The translations under genes were made by a program, and so were the position numbers. Positions 28,975 to 40,175 of a stretch of 64,000 nucleotides of DNA are shown here, one piece after another; within the stretch, counting starts at the first letter, position 1; every line of letters starts with the position of its first letter. The stretch is from Nitrososphaeria archaeon. Its GTDB lineage: Archaea; Thermoproteota; Nitrososphaeria; Geothermarchaeales; JDFR-13. The stretch lies in the NCBI GenBank assembly GCA_027078545.1, contig JALWXN010000004.1:1-64000 (forward strand). Direction: 5' to 3'. The notes beneath the pieces are model-generated. The model was given only the letters and a program-made list of their open reading frames with translations. It made no database searches and was not told the DNA's origin.

Positions 28975-29580
28975 CTACTTCTCCCTCCTCTCAACAATAA
29001 ACTTTGTACGTACAAACTCTGACAGCTCCTCCTCCATGATACGCTCCTCGATATACTTGATTAGCTCCTCATACGAGGGGATTATAATCTTTTGTAGAGC
29101 GTTAACCTTCCTAGCCGTGTTCATAAGGTCGTACGCCAACGCCTCGATCTTATTCTCGACGACCGACATCTCGAGAAGCTCCATAAAGACCTTATGGAAC
29201 TCTATGGCCAGCTCCTTGATCGCGGGGTTAGGTATGGCCTCCACATTAGGTGGCGAGACAAGCTCCACATCATACTCCTCGATACCCATGATAAGCCTCC
29301 TCTGAAGCCTGGTCTCGACCTTAGGGACCACCATGGAGGAGGACCGGAACTCTTCATAGCCCTGGTCCACCAGCACCTTCACGAACTTCTTATAAACCTC
29401 TGTAAACCTAGACTCTATCTCCTCCCTACCCTTGAGTAGGGGTAACAGTCTATTCAGCTCACTAGCAACCTTATCCCTCTTCATCTCGAGGATCTGTGTA
29501 CTCTTCCTAATGAACTGGAGCTGTTTACGGACCTCTAGGAGCGCACCCCTACTAGCTGATACACCCATCAATGAGCTCAT
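28975..29580 (-). CDS. atpD: A/V-type ATP synthase subunit D
   Basis: ILEMKRD; TARKVNALQKIIIP; EELSEFVRTK. Confidence 0.92.
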   Translation of the reverse strand: MSSLMGVSASRGALLEVRKQLQFIRKSTQILEMKRDKVASELNRLLPLLKGREEIESRFTEVYKKFVKVLVDQGYEEFRSSSMVVPKVETRLQRRLIMGIEEYDVELVSPPNVEAIPNPAIKELAIEFHKVFMELLEMSVVENKIEALAYDLMNTARKVNALQKIIIPSYEELIKYIEERIMEEELSEFVRTKFIVERREK

Positions 29581-29582
29581 GG

Positions 29583-31001
29583 CTAGACCTCCACAGGCGG
29601 CTTAGCCTTATAGTAGTACTTCTCCAGGGTCGACTCCCTAACCCTCGTAAGCTCCTCCGGAGGCAGTATACTCAGAACCTCCCAGCCAATATCCAGGGTC
29701 TCCTCTATAGACCTGTTCTCATACTCACCCTGGTTAACAAACCTCTTCTCGAATAGGTCGGCAAACTTAAGGAAGAGGCGCTCCCTATCCGAGAGACCCG
29801 TCTCACCAACGATCCTAGCAAGATCCCTAGCCTTCACACCCCTTGAATAGGCGTCGTACAGCTGGTCACTAAGCTCCTTATGATCATCCCTAGTCTTCCC
29901 AGGACCAATCCCACTCCTCATCAGCCTACTAAGGCTTGGCAACACATTGATCGGAGGGTATATACCCCTGGAGTGTAGCTCCTTGCTCAGAATAATCTGG
30001 CCCTCCGTAATATACCCAGTCAGATCAGGTATCGGATGCCTCTTATCACCACCAGGCATGGTCAGGATAGGCATCTGGGTCAGGCTACCCTTCCTACCCT
30101 TAACAATACCCGCCCTCTCATAGATCGTGGCCAGGTCACTATACATGTATCCTGGGTATCCACCCCTACCCGGAACCTCCTCCCTAGCGGCACTGATCTC
30201 CCTCAGAGCCTCACAGTAGTTGGTCATGTCGGTCAGGATAGCCAGTACGTGGTAGTCCAGGTCGAAGGCCAGGTACTCCGCGATAGTCAGGGCTATCCTA
30301 GGTGTGAGGAGACGCTCAATAGCTGGATCATCAGCAAGGTTCAGGATGACTACACTCCTATCTATAGCACCCGACTCCCTAAACTGGTTTATGAAGAACG
30401 CCGCCTCATCATGCTTAAGACCCATAGCCGCGAAGACTATGGCGAACTGCTCCTCCTTACCCAGGATAGTTGCCTGCCTAGCTATCTGGGCAGCCACCCT
30501 ATTATGGGGCAGGCCAGACTCTGAGAAGATCGGGAGCTTCTGACCCCTAACAAGGGATAGCAGACCATCGATAGCCGAGATACCAGTCTGGATAAAGTCG
30601 TTGGGATATATCCTCGCACTCGGGTTGATCGGCGAGCCATTAATATCCCTATAGTCCCGGCTAGAGACGGGTGGGAGACCATCTATAGGCTCAAAACGCC
30701 CGTTAAACACCCTGCCCAACGCCTCATCACTCACAGGTATCTCGAAGGTAGAACCCGTGAACTTTATGATGGCGTCATGCTGGAGACCAGCCTCCTCACC
30801 AAAGACCTGTGCCACGACGAACTCCCTACTAACCTCTATGACCCGGCCAAGCCTATCCACACCGTCAGGAGCCCTAATCCTAATGATCTCATCGAACTTG
30901 ACACCTGGTATCGGGTCTAGGACGACCAGTGACCCCTTAATCTCCCTGATCCCCCTATACACCTTCCCACTTAGATCCGTCATCTTAATGGGTAGACCCA
31001 T
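29583..31001 (-). CDS. atpB: A/V-type ATP synthase subunit B
   Basis: RGQKLPIFS; TDMTNY; [14 protein letters not shown]. Start estimated. Confidence 0.97.
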   Translation of the reverse strand: MGLPIKMTDLSGKVYRGIREIKGSLVVLDPIPGVKFDEIIRIRAPDGVDRLGRVIEVSREFVVAQVFGEEAGLQHDAIIKFTGSTFEIPVSDEALGRVFNGRFEPIDGLPPVSSRDYRDINGSPINPSARIYPNDFIQTGISAIDGLLSLVRGQKLPIFSESGLPHNRVAAQIARQATILGKEEQFAIVFAAMGLKHDEAAFFINQFRESGAIDRSVVILNLADDPAIERLLTPRIALTIAEYLAFDLDYHVLAILTDMTNYCEALREISAAREEVPGRGGYPGYMYSDLATIYERAGIVKGRKGSLTQMPILTMPGGDKRHPIPDLTGYITEGQIILSKELHSRGIYPPINVLPSLSRLMRSGIGPGKTRDDHKELSDQLYDAYSRGVKARDLARIVGETGLSDRERLFLKFADLFEKRFVNQGEYENRSIEETLDIGWEVLSILPPEELTRVRESTLEKYYYKAKPPVEV

Positions 31002-31014
31002 CCATAACCACCTC

Positions 31015-32841
31015 CTACTCAAAGGTAACCGTAACCCTATACTCACCAGCCACCTTAGACAACTCCTCCTTCATCTGGCCTATGAGCTCTACAACGGCGT
31101 CGAAACGCCTCTCATCCAGCTTAACCCTCTTCAACCTACTCACCACGGGTAGCTCAGCAATCCTGTCGAGGGGGACATTATCCCTGATGAGCCTCTCAGC
31201 CATCCTATGGAAATCGATTATAGCCTTGAGGATCATGATAGACTTATCGGGCTCTGAATACGAGTCGACGGGGTCGAAGGCATTCTGCCTCAGAAGACCC
31301 TCCTTAATAAGCTCATTAGTCAGGAGTAGGAGCCTCTGGTCATCAGGCAGCGCCTTCTCACCTATAATCTTGGCTATGGACTCTACCTCACTAGCGTTTG
31401 TCAGTATATTCATCGCCTCCACCCTATAGGCTGGATACTCAGCCTCCACATTGGGCCAAACCTCCTTAAGCCTCGGGTTACGCTCCATAGCGATCCTTAC
31501 ATAGTCACCTATGATCGAGTCTGCGTAAAGGCTATAGCTCTTCAACCAGTTTATAGATGGGAAGTGCCTACTATACGCAAGGTCTGCATCCAAGGCCCAG
31601 AATACACCTGTGAACCTCAGGGTATGGGTTGTGACAGGCTCGTTAAAGTCGCCACCCGGAGGAGAGACAGCCCCGACAACAGTTACGGAGCCGATCCTCT
31701 CCGGCCTACCAAGAACCTTAACCCTACCAGCCCTCTCATAGAACTCGGCTATCTTGTCAGGGAGATATGCCGGGAAGCCCCTCTCAACCGGCATCTCACC
31801 AAGCCTACCACTGATCTCACGTATAGCCTCCGCCCATCTAGAGGTAGAGTCGGCCATAAGCGAGACGTCATAACCCATGTCACGGTAGTACTCCGCGATC
31901 GTGATACCTATGTATACACTGGCCTCCCTAGCCGAGACAGGCATATTACTGGTATTGGCTATGAGGACCGTCCTCTCCATCAACGGCCTACCAGACCTCG
32001 GATCCTTAAGCTCCGGGAACTCTGTCAAGACCTCTGACATCTCGTTCCCACGCTCTCCACAGCCTACATACACCACGACATCTGTATCGCTCCACTTAGC
32101 CAGCTGGTGGAGAGTCACAGTCTTACCAGTCCCGAAACCGCCGGGGATACATGCAGCCCCACCCTTAGCCACTGGGAAGAGGACGTCTATAACCCTCTGA
32201 CCAGTCACGAGAGGTGTCGAGGGCGGCAGCCTACCATCCCTGGCCACGGGCCTAGCAACCTTGACCGGCCAGTCATGATACATATAGAGCTTCTCCTCCC
32301 TACCATCAGGGGTCTCAAGTAGGGCGATAGGCTCATCTACCTTGAACTCACCCTCATAAATCTCCTTCAACACACCGGACTTGGTGGGTGGGACAAGAAT
32401 CTTATGCTCGAGATACGGGGTCTCCTGGACAGTTCCCAAGATATCTCCCGGGCCAACCTCCACACCAGCCTTCAAGACAGGCCTAAACTCCCACTTCTTA
32501 TCCCTAGGAAGGGTATAGGCCTTGATACCCCGTGAGATGAAGGGGCCACTCAGCCTGAGAAGCTCCTCCAGAGGCCTCCCAATACCATCGAAGATGTTGG
32601 ATAGGAGGCCCGGCCCAAGCTCAGCGACAAGCTTCTTACCAGTCCCAAATATGGGGTCCCCAATCTTCAGTCCACTCGTAGGCTCATAGACCTGCGCCGC
32701 GAAGGAGTCCTCGAAAACCCTGATGATCTCACCTACAAGCTTCTCCTCACCTACCTCAACGACCTCTCCAACCTCTATATCGGGTATCCCAGCCCCGAAT
32801 ACGACCGTACCACTAACCCTAACTATCTCACCTACCCTCAC
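31015..32841 (-). CDS. atpA: A/V-type ATP synthase catalytic subunit A (no intein)
   Basis: GGFGTGKT; GCGERGNE; NTSNMPV; DSTSRWAEA. Confidence 0.98.
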   Translation of the reverse strand: MRVGEIVRVSGTVVFGAGIPDIEVGEVVEVGEEKLVGEIIRVFEDSFAAQVYEPTSGLKIGDPIFGTGKKLVAELGPGLLSNIFDGIGRPLEELLRLSGPFISRGIKAYTLPRDKKWEFRPVLKAGVEVGPGDILGTVQETPYLEHKILVPPTKSGVLKEIYEGEFKVDEPIALLETPDGREEKLYMYHDWPVKVARPVARDGRLPPSTPLVTGQRVIDVLFPVAKGGAACIPGGFGTGKTVTLHQLAKWSDTDVVVYVGCGERGNEMSEVLTEFPELKDPRSGRPLMERTVLIANTSNMPVSAREASVYIGITIAEYYRDMGYDVSLMADSTSRWAEAIREISGRLGEMPVERGFPAYLPDKIAEFYERAGRVKVLGRPERIGSVTVVGAVSPPGGDFNEPVTTHTLRFTGVFWALDADLAYSRHFPSINWLKSYSLYADSIIGDYVRIAMERNPRLKEVWPNVEAEYPAYRVEAMNILTNASEVESIAKIIGEKALPDDQRLLLLTNELIKEGLLRQNAFDPVDSYSEPDKSIMILKAIIDFHRMAERLIRDNVPLDRIAELPVVSRLKRVKLDERRFDAVVELIGQMKEELSKVAGEYRVTVTFE

Positions 32842-33446
32842 GCCTTACCACCCCTCAGGATCTCCATCACCTCATACAACTCCTTCTCGAAAACCTCGTT
32901 CAACCTACCGTCGAAGGTCGCCACGTAGAAGACCTTCTCATCCTCATCAGACATTACAAACCCGCCTAAGAACCTCTCCCCAGAATCCACGAACTCTACC
33001 TCCACACCCTTAAGGGAGGAGGCTATCTCCCCACCATATTTAGAGATGAACTCCGAGTCTGTGGCGGAGTAGAAAACCTTAACCTTCTTGGCACCAAGCT
33101 CCTCAGCACCACGGGCCAAGAACCTCTTCCAGAATTCTAGATACTCGAGACTATTCTTCAAAGCCTCAAGCCTAGACCTACTCTCAATCCTCACCTTATC
33201 CAGGAGCTCCATGATCTTGGTATAGACCATCTTCTTACCCTCCAGCCTCTTAACAGCTATGGAGACCTCTAGAGCCGCCTTCATCCTAGCCTCTATCTCC
33301 TGCCTCTTCCTCTCAATTATTGCTGTAGCCCTCTCCTCAGCCTCCCTCAGGATCTCCTCTGCCTTCGCACGGGCCTCAGACAGGATCTTCTCAGCCTCCG
33401 ACTCAGCGGAGGAAATTATCTCCTTCCTAAGAGCCTCCAGACTCAT
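32838..33446 (-). CDS. atpE: A/V-type ATP synthase subunit E
   Basis: N-terminal coiled coil; LGGFVM; TFDGRL; operon context. Confidence 0.88.
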   Translation of the reverse strand: MSLEALRKEIISSAESEAEKILSEARAKAEEILREAEERATAIIERKRQEIEARMKAALEVSIAVKRLEGKKMVYTKIMELLDKVRIESRSRLEALKNSLEYLEFWKRFLARGAEELGAKKVKVFYSATDSEFISKYGGEIASSLKGVEVEFVDSGERFLGGFVMSDEDEKVFYVATFDGRLNEVFEKELYEVMEILRGGKA

Positions 33447-33751
33447 TCTACCACCCTCCTCACAACAAACTCTATCGCCTTGTCCAGGTTCTCCATACCC
33501 TTGGAATACACCTCCTCAGCCATCCTGCTATACTCCTCCTCGATCTTCCTGACCTCCTCATCAATCATCCGCTTATACTTCTCCTCAAGCTCCGGGAAGC
33601 TGGCCGCCTCACCCTCTCGTATCATCTCCTCAGCCTTCCTACGTGCATCTGCCAAGATCTTCTCAGCCTCACCCCTAGCCCTCTCGACGATCGCCTCGGC
33701 CTCCCTCTCAATCTCGATCAGCTTACTAAGCTCCTCCGACACACAGATCAC
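33443..33751 (-). CDS. atpH: A/V-type ATP synthase subunit H (G)
   Basis: EIEREAEAIVERA heptads; KAIEFVV; operon context. Confidence 0.8.
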   Translation of the reverse strand: MICVSEELSKLIEIEREAEAIVERARGEAEKILADARRKAEEMIREGEAASFPELEEKYKRMIDEEVRKIEEEYSRMAEEVYSKGMENLDKAIEFVVRRVVE

Positions 33752-34083
33752 CTCCCAAGCTGAAGCTTGACACCCACAGCCTGGCTGACAAGGTTATACA
33801 GATCCTCCACCCTCTTACCAGTAGAGCCCGTTAGAGGAGGCATCACGACGAGAACCGGCCTATTAGTCCCCTCCTTCTTAAACTTGACATGCCTCGAACC
33901 CAGCTCAACATAGAGATCCTCGGGAACAATAAGCACATCCACAGACTCATCAGCCACAAGCTCACGTACACGCTTCTCAGCATCGATGATGGTGAAGACT
34001 GGATAGGTCTCCACCCCAATCAGCTCCAAGAGGGTAGCCAGATACTTATCCCCGACAAAAACCATCCGGCCCAACAAACTCAC
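33748..34083 (-). CDS. atpF: A/V-type ATP synthase subunit F
   Basis: VGD...LELIGV; PVLVVMP; QAVGVKL. Confidence 0.88.
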   Translation of the reverse strand: MSLLGRMVFVGDKYLATLLELIGVETYPVFTIIDAEKRVRELVADESVDVLIVPEDLYVELGSRHVKFKKEGTNRPVLVVMPPLTGSTGKRVEDLYNLVSQAVGVKLQLGR

Positions 34084-34155
34084 CCTATACCTCCCCTTAA
34101 TAATTACAATTTCATTAAATCGCGTGTGTAATATAAATCACAGATTAAACCCACG

Positions 34156-34746
34156 GTGCCCAAGGAGATGATGAAGAGGCTCCTCAAACTGATCGAGAAA
34201 CACCTGCCATACATCTCCCTAGCACTAGCAGCCCCACCAATACTGATACTTGGATACTACCTAGGCCGTGCCTACGCAGGGATCGACCCATTCTACCCAG
34301 TGGGGACAAACATGGTGGATAAGGAGATCATCATAATCCCTGGATACCTATACATGAAGCCCGTAACCCTAATGGTACTACTAGCATACGCATCATACGT
34401 AACCGGGCTACAGGCCCTAACCCGCCACGCGGTAGAAAACTGGGGAAGACCCCTACTCCAGCTGATAGAGGCTGCGGCACTCTTCTTCGCATACCTATCC
34501 GGATATGAAGTCCTCTTCAACTTCACCCTCTGGTCCGCACTGATCAGCTCCATAACCGTCGATGGGATACCGATGGGGAATATAGACCTACTCTACAACC
34601 CATTCCCTAATCCCGAGACCCCGTGGAACATAGTATTCGCAACAAAGATATTCACGCTCATATTCGCAATGTCCCTAACAACAGTCTACTTCACAAGAAA
34701 ATGGAGAGCTATTCAAATGACAAGACAACAGACAGTAGAAGCATGA
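34156..34746 (+). CDS. Hypothetical membrane protein
   Basis: Four TM segments; YEVLFNFTLW and PWNIVFATK segments look conserved. Confidence 0.7.
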   Translation: MPKEMMKRLLKLIEKHLPYISLALAAPPILILGYYLGRAYAGIDPFYPVGTNMVDKEIIIIPGYLYMKPVTLMVLLAYASYVTGLQALTRHAVENWGRPLLQLIEAAALFFAYLSGYEVLFNFTLWSALISSITVDGIPMGNIDLLYNPFPNPETPWNIVFATKIFTLIFAMSLTTVYFTRKWRAIQMTRQQTVEA

Positions 34747-35056
34747 CTAGAGCCGCCAGAGACACGACCTGCGTCTCCCATACAGGAGCAAGGATTATAA
34801 GCAGACCATAGGTGACGCCTAGAAGCACGAGAGCCAGGGCCACCACCCAACCAAGACTCTTCCTCAGACCATCCGAGAAGAAAGACGCAGCAGCCAACAA
34901 CCCGATCAAAGCGACCAGTAAGACGTAGGGAGCCATCTCGTCCAGAGAGAGGACAACCAGTAGCGCCGAGGGTATAGCTATGAACACTGCCGATAAAGCC
35001 CTTGTAACAGGCATCACTCCCACCACTAGGAATGGAATATTTAGACCCATCCCCAA
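34709..35056 (-). CDS. Small hydrophobic membrane protein
   Basis: 115 aa, four TM helices, fills the gap between two plus-strand genes. Confidence 0.55.
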   Translation of the reverse strand: MGMGLNIPFLVVGVMPVTRALSAVFIAIPSALLVVLSLDEMAPYVLLVALIGLLAAASFFSDGLRKSLGWVVALALVLLGVTYGLLIILAPVWETQVVSLAALVMLLLSVVLSFE

Positions 35057-35067
35057 TTAAATGTGAG

Positions 35068-35883
35068 ATGAATAGGCCCAGCCACAGCCTAAGCCTCCCA
35101 ACACTATCTACGGTAGATAGTCCAGAGGAGGCAAGACACGCCATAATAGGCATAAACATGTATGACGGGAAATACACGATCCACCCCAGACCAGCAGACC
35201 TCCTCAGAATATATAGGGACACATTGGAGGAGAACCTGGGAGGAGGGATATGGACCAGCGACCTAAAGATCTACGACCTAGGCAACCTCATATCACCGGG
35301 TATAGAAGACCTAGCCATAGATATAGAGACGATAAACAGGAAGTTTAGCCATACAATCCCGATCTACATCGGGGGCGACCACCTACTGACATACGCAACA
35401 GTAGAGGCTCATAGACCAGACACAATCCTAGTCCTAGACGCCCATCTAGACCTCAAGGACACACTATACTTCGACGGGCTCAACAGGGCCACAGTATTCA
35501 GGAGAATCATGGAGAGGCATAGCCCCAAAATAGTCTACTGGGGCGTTAGAGGCTACGACGAAGAAGAGAAGGCCTATGCAGAGAAGAGGGGGATAACAAT
35601 CCTCGATCAGGGAGAACACCCAGACACCCACCTGGATGGAAAAACCTACATATCCATAGACATAGACGTCCTAGACCCATCGATAATCAGACAGGTAGCA
35701 TATCCAGAACCACTAGGAAAAGGTGTAGACGAGGTACTAGAGATACTCAGTAAGAGCCTTAGGAGCGTAGAGGTTATAGGAATCGACATAGTAGAGTACT
35801 ACCCAGTCAACATAGACCTGGCCGAGATATCAACCATACTCAAGATCCTATACCACGCTGTACACGCCACAACCAAGACCTAG
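35068..35883 (+). CDS. Agmatinase / arginase-family ureohydrolase
   Basis: GGDH, DAHLD, SIDIDVLDP, DIVEY. Start estimated. Confidence 0.88.
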   Translation: MNRPSHSLSLPTLSTVDSPEEARHAIIGINMYDGKYTIHPRPADLLRIYRDTLEENLGGGIWTSDLKIYDLGNLISPGIEDLAIDIETINRKFSHTIPIYIGGDHLLTYATVEAHRPDTILVLDAHLDLKDTLYFDGLNRATVFRRIMERHSPKIVYWGVRGYDEEEKAYAEKRGITILDQGEHPDTHLDGKTYISIDIDVLDPSIIRQVAYPEPLGKGVDEVLEILSKSLRSVEVIGIDIVEYYPVNIDLAEISTILKILYHAVHATTKT

Positions 35884-35955
35884 ATAGGTTTAGAACCACC
35901 TCCCAAGGATAGGAGAAACGTTAATAGGCCTAGATGAAGAAGTTTCTATGAGGGG

Positions 35956-38748
35956 TTGATGAGTCTAGACAAATACTTCAAGCTATGGGAGGAGGATGAT
36001 CCCGAGTATCAGGGGGTCGAGGTAGAGATAATATTACCTGAGGAAGACCAGGACATAGCCCCCAGCATAGAAGAGACAGATAAAAAGGGAGGAGAAGACG
36101 ACAAAGGATTAGACACTAGCAAACCATCTGGAGAAACCTCTCCAGACAATGAACAGAGCGGCGGAGACGCGGATAAAGAGGATCCACAAAAAATAGACCT
36201 CGAACGAGATGGGGAGTTGGAGGAGGAGACTCCAAAAAGCTTCGAAGACCTACCAGAAGGAGTATACATGTTAATATCGGCTGGCTACGACTCAAAGGAG
36301 GAGAAGCCCTTCCTCTTATTTTACGACCCGAGGAGAGAGGAGATAATAAAGATTCTGGACCAGACGGGGCACAAGCCCTACGCATACTCCAAGATGAGGA
36401 AGGCGGAGCTTGAGAATAACCAGATAATAAAGATGTACGCATCCAAAATACTAGGTATAACCGAGGAGGAGAAGCACGACCCCCTCACAGATAGAGACAT
36501 AATAGTATCCAAGATAGTTGTCCGCGACCCCCTAGTAATAGGCGGAAGGAAAGACTCACTAAGAGAGAGGATAGAGCTATGGGAGGCAGACATAAAATAC
36601 TACCTCAACTACCTATTCGACCTAGGCCTACAAGTAGGAGACTACTACGTAGTTGCTGATGGCAGACCAGTAAGATACGATGTAGACCCGGCCCCAGAAA
36701 TACTGAGAGAGGCTGAGAAGCTCTCAGAGGACGAGAGGGAATGGCTCTTCAGACTTGCACAGCCAGTGATAAAGTTTAGAAGGGTTGCACTCGACATAGA
36801 GGTGTACAACCCACCCAATGTGATGCCACAGCCCGAGAACCCTGAGCACCCCATATTCATAATATCGCTGAGGGGATCCGACGGGATGAGACGTGTACTC
36901 CTACTAGACAGAGAGGGTAAGTATAACGGCCCCAGAACAGTGGAAGGCTACGAAGTAGAGGTATACAGAGACGAGTTGGGCCTGATAAAGAGGGCGTTAG
37001 AGATAATACGTTCATACCCAGTCATACTAACCTTCAACGGCGACACCTTCGACCTACCCTACATCATAAACAGGGCAAAGAAGCTAGGCTTCCAAAACAT
37101 AGCCCAATACTTCAGGCAGGGGCGTAACGAGGTACATCCAACATGGGGGATCCACATAGATCTATACAAATTCTTCAAGAACCCATCCATCAAGAACTAC
37201 GCCTTCTCAGGGGCATACGACATCATAAGCCTAGACACGATAGCCAGGGCACTCATAGGTAAGGGGAAGGTGGAGATACCTGAACACTTCAGCATGATGA
37301 AGACCGAGGAGATACTCAGATACGCAGTGACTGACGCAGAGATAACCTATGACCTCACAGCATTCAACAACGACCTAGTAATGAGGCTCATAACCATCAT
37401 AGGAAGGATATCAAACATGACCCTAGACGACGTGACTAGACTCGCAGTCTCCAACTGGATAAGGAATAGACTACTCTACCTACACAGGAAGAAGAACTAC
37501 CTCATACCCAGGGAGGACGAGATAAGGCGTAAACAGGGCAGCAGACACTTTGAACCAGTGACAAAGGGAAAGAAGTATGTCGGGGCCCTAGTCATAGACC
37601 CCGTGCCGGGGATCCACTTCGACGTCACAGTCGTCGACTTCGCCAGCCTATACCCCTCAATAATGAAGGAGTACAACATATCCTACGAGACAGTAAACTG
37701 TCCACACCCCGAGTGCAGGGAGAACAAGGTCCCCAAGACCTCTACATGGATATGCACAAAGAAGAGGGGGATAATAAGCGAGTTCGTAGGAGTCATAAGA
37801 GACATAAGGGTCAACGTATTCAAGAAGCTAAGCAAGGACAAGTCACTACCCAGGGAGAAGAGAGACTTCTACAACGTGGTACAGGGAGCCCTAAAGGTAT
37901 TCATCAACGCGATCTACGGCGTGACAGGGTCGGAGGCATTCCAGTTCTACTACCTACCCAGCGCCGAGGCCGTAACCACCTATGGAAGATACATCATCGA
38001 GGAGTCGATCAAGACGGCACAGAAACTAGGGCTAAGAGTTATCTATGGAGACACCGACAGCCTCTTCATAGAGAATGCAGATAAGGAGAAGTTACAACAG
38101 CTGATAGACGAGATCCAGAGGAGATTCAGGCTCAAGCTAGAGGTGGATAAGGAGTATAGATACGTAGTCCTAAGCAGCAGGAAGAAGAACTACTTCGGAG
38201 TAACTAAGGATGGAGCACTCGACATAAAGGGGCTACAGGGCAAGAAGAGCAACACACCCCCCTACATCAAGGACATATTCTACCAGATCCTAGACCATCT
38301 GAGAGAAATCACCAACCCAGAGGAGTTCGAGGAGGCTAGGAAGGACATCATCAAGATCATCAACGAGGCGCAGGAGAAGCTCGCCAAGAAAGAGGTACCA
38401 GTAGAAGAACTGGTGATCTCAGTCACACTCTCAAAGCCCATCGAGAGCTATACCAAAACCACCCCACAACACGTGAAGGCCGCTAGGAAGCTTAAGGACA
38501 GGCTCGGCAAAGATGTGCCACCAGGCTCAGTAATACGCTACGTAAAAGTGAGGGGGAGGGAGGAGGTATTACCCATAGAACTGGTCAGGGATCCCAGGGA
38601 GATAGACTCAAACAAGTATATCGAGCTCCTACTATCAACCCTCGAGCAGATACTAGACGTGCTGGACATCCATGTAGACAACAAGAGGAAGAGGGTCCAG
38701 ATAGTCAATGAGAAGGGAACACTAGACCAGTTCTTCAAGATCCAGTGA
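35956..38748 (+). CDS. polB1: Family B DNA polymerase, PolB1 type
   Basis: Exonuclease DIE and FNGDTFD; DFASLYPS; KVFINAIYG; YGDTDS; KTTPQHVKAA. Confidence 0.95.
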   Translation: MMSLDKYFKLWEEDDPEYQGVEVEIILPEEDQDIAPSIEETDKKGGEDDKGLDTSKPSGETSPDNEQSGGDADKEDPQKIDLERDGELEEETPKSFEDLPEGVYMLISAGYDSKEEKPFLLFYDPRREEIIKILDQTGHKPYAYSKMRKAELENNQIIKMYASKILGITEEEKHDPLTDRDIIVSKIVVRDPLVIGGRKDSLRERIELWEADIKYYLNYLFDLGLQVGDYYVVADGRPVRYDVDPAPEILREAEKLSEDEREWLFRLAQPVIKFRRVALDIEVYNPPNVMPQPENPEHPIFIISLRGSDGMRRVLLLDREGKYNGPRTVEGYEVEVYRDELGLIKRALEIIRSYPVILTFNGDTFDLPYIINRAKKLGFQNIAQYFRQGRNEVHPTWGIHIDLYKFFKNPSIKNYAFSGAYDIISLDTIARALIGKGKVEIPEHFSMMKTEEILRYAVTDAEITYDLTAFNNDLVMRLITIIGRISNMTLDDVTRLAVSNWIRNRLLYLHRKKNYLIPREDEIRRKQGSRHFEPVTKGKKYVGALVIDPVPGIHFDVTVVDFASLYPSIMKEYNISYETVNCPHPECRENKVPKTSTWICTKKRGIISEFVGVIRDIRVNVFKKLSKDKSLPREKRDFYNVVQGALKVFINAIYGVTGSEAFQFYYLPSAEAVTTYGRYIIEESIKTAQKLGLRVIYGDTDSLFIENADKEKLQQLIDEIQRRFRLKLEVDKEYRYVVLSSRKKNYFGVTKDGALDIKGLQGKKSNTPPYIKDIFYQILDHLREITNPEEFEEARKDIIKIINEAQEKLAKKEVPVEELVISVTLSKPIESYTKTTPQHVKAARKLKDRLGKDVPPGSVIRYVKVRGREEVLPIELVRDPREIDSNKYIELLLSTLEQILDVLDIHVDNKRKRVQIVNEKGTLDQFFKIQ

Positions 38749-38758
38749 GCATCCAGCT

Positions 38759-40174
38759 CTATACAAATGAAGGCCTCCTAGAGAGATACCTAGACACGTA
38801 GAGTGGGAGCCGTGGGAACCCCTCCAACTCCCCAGACACCTTCTCAGCCAACTCCTCAACACCCATCTCCACCGTCTCACCAGTAGCCCTCACCCTAACC
38901 CTGAGCCTCCCACTCCTAGCCTCCTCATCACCAACCACACAGATATATGGTATCCACGCCGACTCGGCATCCTTAACCCTCCGACCCACACTAGCATCCC
39001 TATCATCAATATCAACCCTTATACCCCTAGACTCCAATACCGACATAAACTCCTCACACACACCTAGATGATCCGAGGGAGACACGGGAATCAGCCTGAC
39101 CTGGGTGGGAGATAGCCACGTAGGCAACCTAGGCTTCTCCCCCCTCCTCTCCATCTTGGCAGCCTCCTCTAGAAACTCGAAGAGGAACCTCTCGACACTA
39201 CCATGGATAGCCGTATGAAGAATCACTGGATGCTTCTTACTACCATCCTCATCCACATACTCGATACCGAACCTCTCACCATTCCCAATATCTATCTGTA
39301 CAGTCGCCGTCTCAACAGGCCTACCCACAGAGTCTATATAGTGGAACTCAACGTTGAGCACCCAGTAATACTTACCCGCCTCAACAGTCTTTAGAAGCAC
39401 CGGCTTACCATCTATCTCCAGGAGACTCCTAAGGAAATCCATATTATCCCTTAGGAAGTCAACCGATATGTTATAGAGGCTATAATATTCAAAGCCGAAC
39501 TTCCTACCCTCAGAGAATATCAGTTCATAGAGCCTCCTAAACTCCTCCTTAGCCATCTCCAGATCCCTAGTCAAGACATGCATATCCGGCATGAAGAAAC
39601 GCCTAGTCCTGGTAAGCCCCTTCAACTCACCCCTCTGCTCATACCTATAGCTATCCGCCAGCTCGAAGACCCTCAGTGGTAGGTCCCTATACGTTATGAA
39701 CTTCCTCCGGAGCAGTGCAAACTGGCCGAAACAGGCTGCATACCTCAATACAAACTCTCTCTTACCAGGCTTGACCTTATACATCCTCTGGCCAAACAGC
39801 TCCGCATGCTTCTTGATCGCCGGGATATCGAGGTCATACATGATAGACGTGATTACAGGGTTAGCCCCGATCCGTAGAACGGTGGAGGTGGAATACTCCC
39901 TGAGAATATTAAGCATCAAGGCACCGTTAGGGAGATAGGTGAGGTGACCAGCATCGCTAAAAGGCTCAGGCTCAGCTATCCTGAGCTTAGAGAGATACTT
40001 TATATGTGGACTCTCACGCCCCCCAATAGGCTCAGAGAAGACCTCCTTCCTCACCAGGTTCATGAAGTTCTCATCATCAGAGGAGTACTCATCCGGATAG
40101 TATAACTCCCCATCCATGTCGAGGATATAGAACTCCCCCTCCATAACCTCCTCCATATCTACAGGCTCAGCCAA
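38759..40174 (-). CDS. thrS: Threonyl-tRNA synthetase (catalytic plus anticodon-binding domains; no N-terminal editing domain)
   Basis: LRYAACFGQF, YRYEQRGEL, FFMPDMH, ILHTAIHGSVER, LPTWLSPTQV. Start at TTG 40174 or ATG 40156. Confidence 0.93.
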   Translation of the reverse strand: MAEPVDMEEVMEGEFYILDMDGELYYPDEYSSDDENFMNLVRKEVFSEPIGGRESPHIKYLSKLRIAEPEPFSDAGHLTYLPNGALMLNILREYSTSTVLRIGANPVITSIMYDLDIPAIKKHAELFGQRMYKVKPGKREFVLRYAACFGQFALLRRKFITYRDLPLRVFELADSYRYEQRGELKGLTRTRRFFMPDMHVLTRDLEMAKEEFRRLYELIFSEGRKFGFEYYSLYNISVDFLRDNMDFLRSLLEIDGKPVLLKTVEAGKYYWVLNVEFHYIDSVGRPVETATVQIDIGNGERFGIEYVDEDGSKKHPVILHTAIHGSVERFLFEFLEEAAKMERRGEKPRLPTWLSPTQVRLIPVSPSDHLGVCEEFMSVLESRGIRVDIDDRDASVGRRVKDAESAWIPYICVVGDEEARSGRLRVRVRATGETVEMGVEELAEKVSGELEGFPRLPLYVSRYLSRRPSFV

Positions 40175-40175
40175 C

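Noticed and set aside
35934-35985. Box C/D-like words (ATGAAGA...TTGATGA) at the polB1 start
   Set aside because: No properly spaced CTGA D box; the words are explained by the RBS and start codons.
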